Shown here in pieces: positions 45,628-52,976 of a stretch of 64,000 nt of DNA. Source of the stretch: Eubacteriales bacterium (lineage in GTDB: Bacteria; Bacillota; Clostridia; Oscillospirales; CAG-272). The stretch lies in contig JAZREL010000014.1 in assembly GCA_045660785.1 (NCBI GenBank), positions 4,849 through 68,848 on the forward strand. The letters run 5' to 3'. The position numbers were made by a program, and so were the translations under genes. The notes below the pieces were generated by a model. The model saw only the letters and a program-made list of their open reading frames with translations. It was not told the DNA's origin and searched no databases. Within the stretch, counting starts at the first letter, position 1. Each line of letters starts with the position of its first letter.

Positions 45628-46056
45628 TCACAAGCTTTCTGCCAAATTTATTATTTTCAAGCTTTTCCTTCTCGCCCTTTCTACCCATTTGGCGGAATTT
45701 GATGTAGCATCGACCAAATATACCACTGCCACATTGGAATTTTTAATCATCCATTCGTTTCTTTTTGAAATCGCAAATTTAGGCAAAACACTCTCTTGCC
45801 CTTCGAGAAAAACCGTTTCCTCTTGATTTTCGCCAAGGGCGCGCTCGTCGATATATGACAAAACTATTCGATATTTTTTAATTTTATTTTCATTTTTCAA
45901 TTCTGCCAATACAGATTGAACCAAAAGGTCAAACGTACCGCTGTTTCCAACAAAAAAGCACTCGTAGCCATCCTTGGCTAAGCTTTCTATTGTTTCTTTT
46001 AGCTTTCCTTTTATCGAATATGGCGCGTTTCGATGTCCAAAAAATGTGCAGTTCAT
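45628..46056 (-). CDS. SLOG/DUF1273 family protein
   Basis: 142 aa. The N-terminal CTFFGHRN and VGNSGTFD pattern is typical of DUF1273 (YpsA-like SLOG) proteins. Confidence 0.55.
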   Translation of the reverse strand: MNCTFFGHRNAPYSIKGKLKETIESLAKDGYECFFVGNSGTFDLLVQSVLAELKNENKIKKYRIVLSYIDERALGENQEETVFLEGQESVLPKFAISKRNEWMIKNSNVAVVYLVDATSNSAKWVERARRKSLKIINLAESL

Positions 46057-46078
46057 TTTTCATCTCTCCTTGTTAAAT

Positions 46079-46152
46079 TTAGTATACTTGCTTTAAGTAT
46101 ACTAACAACATTATAGCACAAAATAATCTTAAAATATACTTATATTAAGATT
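46079..46152. promoter_or_regulatory. Two perfect inverted repeats in a divergent promoter region (candidate operators)
   Basis: TTAGTATACT-tgcttta-AGTATACTAA (46079-46105) and AATCTTAA-n12-TTAAGATT (46125-46152), between the SLOG gene and the RHH gene. Confidence 0.35.
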
Positions 46153-46158
46153 TTAGAG

Positions 46159-46350
46159 GTGCGCATGAGAAATAAAAATAACAAGCATTTGGGCATAGAG
46201 ATAGACCCCGAGCTTCACTATAAGCTGCATTATATTTCAAAATATTACGGACGAAGTGCAAACGGAGAAATTTTGTTTCTTATAAGACAAGCTATAAAAG
46301 ATTTTGAAAAGAGCGAGGGGGAAATAATCCCACCGCCAAAAGAAAACTAA
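46159..46350 (+). CDS. Arc/MetJ-type ribbon-helix-helix DNA-binding protein
   Basis: 63 aa. HLGIEIDPELHYKLHYISKYYGRSANGEILFLIRQAIKDFE fits a beta-strand/helix/helix RHH layout. Confidence 0.5.
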   Translation: MRMRNKNNKHLGIEIDPELHYKLHYISKYYGRSANGEILFLIRQAIKDFEKSEGEIIPPPKEN

Positions 46351-46388
46351 AAAATGCACGGCATTTCGCCGTGCATTTTATTATTTTC
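46349..46388. terminator. Bidirectional rho-independent terminator
   Basis: ATGCACGGC-atttc-GCCGTGCAT with flanking A- and T-runs. Confidence 0.7.
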
Positions 46389-46420
46389 GTAGGGTACGAC
46401 GCCCTCGGCGTACCGTTTTC

Positions 46421-46456
46421 TTATTTGTTAAGAAGTGTTTCAACAAGTGTGGGTGC
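46421..46456 (-). pseudogene. Displaced, recoded duplicate of the last 11 codons + stop of alaS
   Basis: Encodes APTLVETLLNK*, versus the live ALALVETLLSK*. 8 of 36 nt differ, including synonymous Leu recodings (CTC/CTT, TTG/CTT). Confidence 0.65.
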
Positions 46457-46538
46457 TTCTTTTCGCCTCCCTTGTGCAAAGGTGAGGTGGCACGACTTGT
46501 CGTGACGGAGGGATTGACCGTTTGCTTTAGCAATTATT
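46457..46538 (-). mobile_element. Solo-end palindromic mini-element (TIR-family member) inserted right after the alaS stop
   Basis: The plus strand reads CTCCCTTGTGCAAAGGTGAG + GTGGCACGACTTGTCGTGAC + GGAGGGATTG. This is the three-part TIR architecture, and its orientation relative to the host gene matches the kdgK copy. Confidence 0.6.
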
Positions 46539-49157
46539 TTATTTGCTCAAGAGTGTTTCAACAAGTGCAAGCGCATCGGCAATTTTGGAGATGTCCTTGC
46601 CGCCGCTCATTGCGCTGTCGGGGCGTCCGCCGCCCTTACCGCCTGTTACTGCGCTAACCTCGCCAAGGATTTTGCCTGCGTGTGCGCCGTTTTTAACTGC
46701 ACCCTTACCGCATACTGCGATAAAGTTGAGCTTTTCGCCTGAATGGATTGCAAATACAGCAACTGCGTTTTCGTCCTTGTCCTTGATTACGTCACCAAGT
46801 GAACGAACCGCGTCAGCACCCATATCACCAAGGTTTGCGGTGATAACGTTGAATGCGCCAACTGCTTTTGCGCTGCTGATTAAGTCGTTAACTCTTGATG
46901 AAGCCATCTTGGAGTTAAGAGATTCAATCTCGCGCTTGAGAGCTTTTATTTCCTCATTTACCGCGCCTGCACGCTTAGCAATATCGTTTACGTTTTGGCA
47001 CTTAAGCTCGCTTGATGCCTTTTCAAGGAGATTTTCCTTGTTTTCAAGGAGTGAAAGCACGCCGTAGCCCGTTGTCGCTTCAATTCTGCGCACGCCTGCC
47101 GCAACGCCAATCTCGGAAATAATCTTAAACATACCTGCCTTTGCGGTATTGTCAAGGTGAGTACCGCCACAAAGCTCGGTTGAATAGTCGCCCATTTTAA
47201 CCATACGTACAACCTTGCCGTACTTTTCTCCAAAGAGAGCCATTGCACCGTTTTTACGTGCGGTTTCAATATCTGTTTCGAGTGTTTCAACCACTGTGCC
47301 CGAAAGGATTGCCTCGTTTACAAGTGCTTCAACCTCTTTGATTTCGTCCTTTGTGAGTGCTTGGAAGTGTGTAAAGTCAAATCTGCCGATTCTTTCATCA
47401 ACGTATGAGCCCGCTTGCTCAACGTGTGTGCCGAGAACCTTGCGGAGTGCGGCTTGGAGCAAGTGAACGGATGAGTGGTTTCTTGCAATAGAAGCACGTC
47501 TTGCGCCGTCAACCTGGCAGTTGAGCGTGTCGCCAACCTTTACTGTGCCGCTTGCAATTTTACACATATGAATATATACGCCGTCTGATTTTTTGGTGTC
47601 AACAACCTCAATTTCAGCATTTTCGTTTGTAAGTGCGCCTGTGTCGCCAACCTGACCGCCGCCCTCACCGTAGAATGAGGTAGTGTCGAGAACAACGGAG
47701 CATTCGCCCTCGCTTACTTCGCTTACGCTTTCGCCGTTTTCGTCAATAATTGCGATAACCTTGCCGCTTGCTTGGAGCGTGGTGTAGCCCTCGAACACAG
47801 TCTTTGGAAGCTCCAAGGATTTTTCCTTGTCCTGCCAACCGCTAATGCTTGCACGTGCGCTTCTCGCTCTTTGCTTTTGCTCCTGCATAAGCGCTGTAAA
47901 CTTGTCCATATCGGTGCCAAGTCCGTTTTCCTCGGCAATTTCACGGGTTAAGTCAATTGGAAAGCCAAAGGTGTCGTAAAGCTTGAACGCGTCCGCGCCG
48001 TCAAGAGTATCCTTGCCGCTTTCCTTTGCTTCCTTAATAAGATTTTCAAGAATTGAAAGTCCTTGGTCGATGGTTGCGGCAAAGCGCTCCTCCTCAAGAG
48101 CAAGAACCTTTTTGATGTAGTCTGATTTTTCCTCAAGCTCGCGATAGCCATCCTTGCTTTCGCCAATTGCAACCTCGCACATTTCAACAAGGAATGCACG
48201 CTCAATTCCAAGGAGCTTACCGTGACGGCAAGCGCGGCGAATGATACGGCGAAGCACGTAGCCCCTGCCCTCGTTTGAAGGAATAACGCCGTCGGAAATC
48301 ATAAACATTGCGCTTCTTGTATGGTCGGTGATAACGCGGATTGAAATATCATCTGCGGCATCCTTGCCGTAGGTTTTGCCTGAAATTTCGCACACGGTGT
48401 CAAGGATTTTACGTACGGAGTCAACCTCGAACATATTGTCAACGTCCTGCATTACGCAAGCAAGACGCTCAAGACCCATACCTGTATCGATGTTCTTTTG
48501 TGCAAGCTCTGTATAGTTGCCTTGTCCGTCGTTGTTGAACTGTGAAAATACGTTGTTCCAAATTTCCATGTATCTGTCGCAGTCGCAGCCCGGCTTACAG
48601 TCGTCTGAGCCACAGCCGTGCTTAATTCCACGGTCAAAGTAAATTTCGGAGCAAGGGCCGCAAGGACCTGAGCCGTGCTCCCAGAAGTTATCTGCCTTAC
48701 CGAGGCGAACAACGTGCGCAGGGTTAACGCCGATTTTGTTTACCCAAATATCGTACGCTTCCTCGTCGTTTTCGTAAATTGACGGCCAAAGAAGCTCACC
48801 GGGGATTTCAAGTGTAACGGTTAAAAACTCCCAAGCAAACTGAATTGCCTCCTCCTTGAAGTAGTCACCGAAGCTGAAGTTGCCAAGCATTTCAAAGAAC
48901 GTGCCGTGGCGCGCGGTGTGACCAACTCTTTCAAGGTCAGGTGTTCTTATACACTTTTGGCAGGTGGTAACTCTCTTTGAAGGAGGCACAACCTCACCTG
49001 TAAAGAACTTTTTCATCGGAGCCATACCCGAGTTTATAAGAAGAAGGGATTTATCGTTGTTTGGAACGAGCGAAAAGCTGCCAAGACGAAGGTGTCCCTT
49101 GCTTTCAAAATAGGAAAGATATTTTTCTCTTAAATCGTTAAGTGATGTCCATTTCAT
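46539..49157 (-). CDS. alaS: Alanine--tRNA ligase
   Basis: Start at MKWTSLNDLREKYLSYFESKGH (18 codons into the track ORF). Class II motifs, editing domain and C-terminal DHHA1-like GGGRPD. Confidence 0.95.
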   Translation of the reverse strand: MKWTSLNDLREKYLSYFESKGHLRLGSFSLVPNNDKSLLLINSGMAPMKKFFTGEVVPPSKRVTTCQKCIRTPDLERVGHTARHGTFFEMLGNFSFGDYFKEEAIQFAWEFLTVTLEIPGELLWPSIYENDEEAYDIWVNKIGVNPAHVVRLGKADNFWEHGSGPCGPCSEIYFDRGIKHGCGSDDCKPGCDCDRYMEIWNNVFSQFNNDGQGNYTELAQKNIDTGMGLERLACVMQDVDNMFEVDSVRKILDTVCEISGKTYGKDAADDISIRVITDHTRSAMFMISDGVIPSNEGRGYVLRRIIRRACRHGKLLGIERAFLVEMCEVAIGESKDGYRELEEKSDYIKKVLALEEERFAATIDQGLSILENLIKEAKESGKDTLDGADAFKLYDTFGFPIDLTREIAEENGLGTDMDKFTALMQEQKQRARSARASISGWQDKEKSLELPKTVFEGYTTLQASGKVIAIIDENGESVSEVSEGECSVVLDTTSFYGEGGGQVGDTGALTNENAEIEVVDTKKSDGVYIHMCKIASGTVKVGDTLNCQVDGARRASIARNHSSVHLLQAALRKVLGTHVEQAGSYVDERIGRFDFTHFQALTKDEIKEVEALVNEAILSGTVVETLETDIETARKNGAMALFGEKYGKVVRMVKMGDYSTELCGGTHLDNTAKAGMFKIISEIGVAAGVRRIEATTGYGVLSLLENKENLLEKASSELKCQNVNDIAKRAGAVNEEIKALKREIESLNSKMASSRVNDLISSAKAVGAFNVITANLGDMGADAVRSLGDVIKDKDENAVAVFAIHSGEKLNFIAVCGKGAVKNGAHAGKILGEVSAVTGGKGGGRPDSAMSGGKDISKIADALALVETLLSK

Positions 49158-49307
49158 ATCAAAATCCTCACAATTTGACGTAAATATTATAAAACACATA
49201 CATTTTAGCATTATTATATAATTTTGTCAAGAATTATTTATAACTTGACAATCATTAGGTATCGGGGTATAATTTTAATGAGAAACAAAAGAAGGCAGGC
49301 AATTAAG

Positions 49308-49862
49308 ATGACAGATTTACTCACGCTTCAAAAAAGCTTCATTTTGGCGCACCTGAAGGCAGGCGACAAATGTGCCGATTTTACAATGGGCAACGGACAC
49401 GACACCGCATTTCTTTCCCAAACGGTTGGAGAAAACGGTCACGTTTGGGCGTTTGACATTCAAGCGGGCGCACTGACAAGCACAAAAAAGACGCTTGAGG
49501 CGGCGGGCTGTCCCGAAAACTACACCTTAATTAACGATTCGCACCACAACGCGAAAAACTATATTGACGGAAAAATCAAGGCAGGAATGTTCAACCTCGG
49601 ATATTTACCGGGAAGCGGAAACAAGGCCCTTACCACAAAAAGAGAAACCACCTTGCCTGCGGTTCAAGCGGCTATTGAGCTTCTTGATTCCGACGGAATT
49701 TTGCTTGTTGCGGTTTACCCGGGGCACGAGGAGGGATACCTCGAGGGGCTTATGCTTGAGGAATATTTCAAGACGGTCAGCCGCTTTGAGATGAGCATTT
49801 CGCGCTTTCAAATTATAAACTCACCAACCTCGCCTTATTTCTTTATCATCGAGAAAAAATAG
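49308..49862 (+). CDS. mnmM: tRNA (mnm5s2U34)-methyltransferase MnmM/YtqB family
   Basis: Start at MTDLLTLQ (28 codons into the track ORF). DFTMGNGHDT, GHVWAFDIQ, FNLGYLPGS and AVYPGHEEG blocks match the YtqB family. Confidence 0.75.
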   Translation: MTDLLTLQKSFILAHLKAGDKCADFTMGNGHDTAFLSQTVGENGHVWAFDIQAGALTSTKKTLEAAGCPENYTLINDSHHNAKNYIDGKIKAGMFNLGYLPGSGNKALTTKRETTLPAVQAAIELLDSDGILLVAVYPGHEEGYLEGLMLEEYFKTVSRFEMSISRFQIINSPTSPYFFIIEKK

Positions 49863-49922
49863 TAAAAAACAGACACTCCTTGGCACTTTTTTGATTTTCG
49901 CCAAGCAAAACGGAGGAATTTT

Positions 49923-51290
49923 ATGATAAACAAAACAGTTGCCGCCATCTCAACCGCACACGGCAAGGGCGGTGTTGCGATAATCAGAATAAGCGGCGAT
50001 GATGCACTTGTTATTGCTAAAAAAGTGATGAAGCTTCGCTCCTCGCTAATTGAGCCGCGCAAATCCTACTACGGTGAAATTTTGCGAAGCGGTGAGGTTA
50101 TCGACGACGGAATTTTAACCTACTATAAAGCTCCCCACTCCTTTACGGGTGAGGACACTTGCGAAATTTGCTGTCACGGCGGTCTTTACGTTACGGGCGC
50201 GGTGCTTGAGGCGGTACTTTCAGCAGGGGCAACCTTGGCAGGCGCGGGCGAATTTACAAAGCGCGCTTATATCAACGGCAAGCTGACGCTTTCGCGCGCC
50301 GAGGCGATAGGACAGGTAATTGATGCAAAAACAGATGCACAGCTTCGCCTTTCCTCCTCGCAGGCAAGAGGCACGCTTTCCCGCAAGATTGATACGATTC
50401 GAGAAGCTATTCTTAGCTGTATCTCACACGCATATGCAACAATTGACTACCCCGACGAGGACATTACGGAAATTGAAATTTCCGAGATTAATTCTTGCCT
50501 TGACACAGTAATAAACGAGTTAACCGCGCTCAAAAGCTCATACCACACGGGCCGTGCGGTTTGCGAGGGAATAAAAACCGCAATTATCGGCAAGCCAAAC
50601 GCGGGAAAAAGCTCCGTTTACAATATGCTCCTTGGTGAGGATTTGGCTATTGTCACAGATATTGCAGGCACAACGCGCGACGTTATCGAGCATACTGCAT
50701 CAGTTGGCGGCGTTACCCTTTCTCTTGCCGATACAGCAGGCATACGCGATGCACTTGACACCGTTGAAAAAATAGGAATTGAAAGAGCGCGCAAAAAGGT
50801 TGAAAGCTCCGAGCTGCTTTTGTGTGTTTTTGACTCCTCCGAGAAGGAAACCGACGAGGACGAGCTTATTTTAGAGCTTGCAAGCGGAAAAACCGCTATC
50901 GCAATAATAAATAAAACGGATAAGGAAAGCTCTCTTTCCGCCGAATTTCTTAGAAAGATTGAAGCGGTGTGCCAAAACGTTATCTATGCAAGTGCTAAGG
51001 ATGGCGTTGGCATGACCGAGCTTGAAAAGGTGCTAAGCGAAATGTACCGCCTTGGTGAAATCAACCTTTCCTCAGATGCGGTAATTGCAAATGCAAGACA
51101 GTTTGCCGCCACGGAATCAGCGCTTGAAAAAGCACTTGAAGCAAAAAGCGCACTTGCATTTGGCGAAACACCCGATATTATTTGCTTTTCACTTGAAAGC
51201 GCCCTTGGCGAGCTTAATATGATTGACAGACGCGAGGTTAGCGAGGAGGTTGTTTCGGCAATTTTCTCACGCTTCTGTGTTGGCAAGTAG
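49923..51290 (+). CDS. mnmE: tRNA modification GTPase MnmE
   Basis: 455 aa. GKGGVAIIRISG, GKPNAGKSS, DTAGIR, NKTD and C-terminal FCVGK. Confidence 0.95.
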   Translation: MINKTVAAISTAHGKGGVAIIRISGDDALVIAKKVMKLRSSLIEPRKSYYGEILRSGEVIDDGILTYYKAPHSFTGEDTCEICCHGGLYVTGAVLEAVLSAGATLAGAGEFTKRAYINGKLTLSRAEAIGQVIDAKTDAQLRLSSSQARGTLSRKIDTIREAILSCISHAYATIDYPDEDITEIEISEINSCLDTVINELTALKSSYHTGRAVCEGIKTAIIGKPNAGKSSVYNMLLGEDLAIVTDIAGTTRDVIEHTASVGGVTLSLADTAGIRDALDTVEKIGIERARKKVESSELLLCVFDSSEKETDEDELILELASGKTAIAIINKTDKESSLSAEFLRKIEAVCQNVIYASAKDGVGMTELEKVLSEMYRLGEINLSSDAVIANARQFAATESALEKALEAKSALAFGETPDIICFSLESALGELNMIDRREVSEEVVSAIFSRFCVGK

Positions 51291-51531
51291 TCGCGTTGCG
51301 ACATGAATTGTTGTTTCACAACATTAATTGCACATTTAGTGCATAAATTGTGCTTTGCACATGAATTGAAGCAAAGCTTCATAAATTACGTTTTCACGGC
51401 TTTAATTGACTAACGTCACAAATTATTACTCGCAACGTAAAATGCAACAGCGTTGCAATTCTTGCGTTTACGCAATTCATGACACAAAGTGTCAATTCAC
51501 GTCCGCAGGACAATTCATTCCTTAAAGGATT
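51290..51531 (+). repeat. Phased array of about 12 distinct mini-palindromes separated by a conserved CATNAATTG linker that inverts mid-array
   Basis: Forward linkers CAT(G/T/A)AATT(G/A) and CTTTAATTG are at 51302, 51322, 51342, 51360, 51380 and 51400. Reverse linkers CAATTC(T/A)(T/C)(G/T) are at 51456, 51473, 51493 and 51511. Between them lie hairpins such as GTCGC-gtt-GCGAC, GTTGT-ttc-ACAAC, GTGC-ttt-GCAC, GAAGC-aaa-GCTTC, GCAAC-agc-GTTGC, GACAC-aaa-GTGTC and GTCC-gca-GGAC. Confidence 0.75.
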
Positions 51532-51535
51532 TATT

Positions 51536-51865
51536 ATGGATACTAAAAGATTTACAAAAAACGATAACGGCTTTATTTGCGAAAATTGCGGACACGAGGT
51601 TTTGCCCCTTGGCTACACCTCTCGCAATCATTGTCCAAAATGTCTTGCCTCAAAGCACGTTGACATTTTACCGGGTGACAGACAAAACCCGTGTGGCGGC
51701 GTTATGGACGCGATAAAGGTAGAGCCCGACCCAAAAAAGGGCTACGTAATTATACATAAATGCCGCAAATGCGGTGAGATTAAGCGCAACAAGGCGGCGC
51801 ACGAGGCAAAAAATCAGCCCGACGATATAAAAAAGCTAATCAAGCTGACCGCAGGTGGATTTTAA
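51536..51865 (+). CDS. RNHCP domain-containing protein
   Basis: Start at MDTKRF (19 codons into the track ORF). CENCG...SRNHCPKCLASKHVD...CGG...CRKCG matches the RNHCP zinc-ribbon domain. Confidence 0.75.
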   Translation: MDTKRFTKNDNGFICENCGHEVLPLGYTSRNHCPKCLASKHVDILPGDRQNPCGGVMDAIKVEPDPKKGYVIIHKCRKCGEIKRNKAAHEAKNQPDDIKKLIKLTAGGF

Positions 51866-52764
51866 TGGATAAAAACCAAGCCATCCTACAAAAAAGCTGC
51901 ACCCTGTGTCCGAGAAACTGTAAAATTGACAGAAAAACCGCACGCGGTGTTTGCGGTGCACCTGAGGAAATTGTAGTTTCCAAAATAATGCTCCACAAGT
52001 GGGAGGAGCCGTGTATAAGCGGCAAAAACGGAAGCGGCGCAATCTTCTTTTCGGGCTGCCCCTTAAAATGTGTTTATTGTCAAAACAAGAAAATCAGCCA
52101 CGAATGTAACGGCAAGATAATGACCGTTTCCGAGCTTTGTGAGGCAATGCTTGATTTGCAAGCTCAAGGTGCGCACAATATAAATTTAGTCACCCCCACG
52201 CACTACTCGGACAAAATTACAGAAGCACTCTCACTTATCAAGGGTGAGCTTAAAATTCCCGTGGTTTATAACACCTCGGGCTATGAAAATGCATCGGAAA
52301 TTGAAAAAATAGCCGACCACGTGTCTGTTTTTCTATGTGATATTAAATATTTCTCCAGCGAAGCCTCGCAAAAATATTCTTTTGCAAACAACTACTATTC
52401 GGTGGCAAAGGAAGCGTTTGATACAATGCTAAAAGCAGTTGGCGCGCCGAAATACGACGAAAACGGGATGATGACAAGCGGCGTTATTTTGCGTCACCTT
52501 GTTTTGCCCTCCTTGCGCCGTGACTCAATTGCAATTTTCGAGGACGTTTCAAAAAGCTTTGACACCTCATCCTTCGTCCTTTCATTAATGAGCCAATACA
52601 CCCCCGAGTTTTGCGACGAAAACTTTCCCGAGCTTAAGCGAAAGCTTACCACGTTTGAATATAAAAGTGTGCTTTCCCGCGTAGAGGAGCTTGGCTTTAC
52701 GGGCTATATGCAGGATTTTTCCTCATCAACCTCGGCTTATACACCGAATTTTGACCAAAATTAA
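51865..52764 (+). CDS. Radical SAM protein, PflX-like (COG1313 type)
   Basis: 299 aa. CPLKCVYCQN radical-SAM cluster motif plus an N-terminal CTLCPRNC. TAATG overlap with the RNHCP gene. Confidence 0.8.
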   Translation: MDKNQAILQKSCTLCPRNCKIDRKTARGVCGAPEEIVVSKIMLHKWEEPCISGKNGSGAIFFSGCPLKCVYCQNKKISHECNGKIMTVSELCEAMLDLQAQGAHNINLVTPTHYSDKITEALSLIKGELKIPVVYNTSGYENASEIEKIADHVSVFLCDIKYFSSEASQKYSFANNYYSVAKEAFDTMLKAVGAPKYDENGMMTSGVILRHLVLPSLRRDSIAIFEDVSKSFDTSSFVLSLMSQYTPEFCDENFPELKRKLTTFEYKSVLSRVEELGFTGYMQDFSSSTSAYTPNFDQN

Positions 52765-52976
52765 ACAGCTAAGAGCATTTTGCAAGCGTGTTTTTGCAGA
52801 TGCTCTTTTATTTTTGTTATTTTATATAAATTTTATATTATATGTTGACAATTTTTTGTAATTGATGTATAATTAGTGTGTATCTTTGGCGACAAGTGCC
52901 AAAACCACCGTGCAGAATGCCGTGCTCGGCAGCTGAAATCGGTCTTTTTCAAGTTTGTTTTGATGGGAGAAAATTT

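Noticed and set aside
49158-49307. T-box leader upstream of alaS.
   Set aside because: The untranslated region before alaS is only about 65 nt and is shared with a divergent promoter. That is too short for a T-box, and no specifier or T-box sequence was seen.
51303-51413. 36-aa ORF (MNCCFTTLIAHLVHKLCFAHELKQSFINYVFTALID) inside the hairpin array.
   Set aside because: It has no Shine-Dalgarno. The 20-nt unit period is not a multiple of 3, so the repeats are read in shifting frames. The ORF is most simply a by-product of the AT-rich repeat.
51290-51531. Hairpin array considered as a CRISPR array or as plasmid-type iterons.
   Set aside because: The conserved unit is only 7-9 nt and the variable parts are 11-13-nt palindromes, the opposite of CRISPR. 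There are no cas genes or leader. Iterons are conserved over their full length. It is kept as an unexplained repeat instead.
35300-51535. Possible replication origin, because the origin-proximal markers rsmG and mnmE are present.
   Set aside because: I saw no cluster of DnaA boxes (TTATCCACA or its complement) and no dnaA or dnaN. rsmG and mnmE are 14 kb apart and embedded in unrelated operons.
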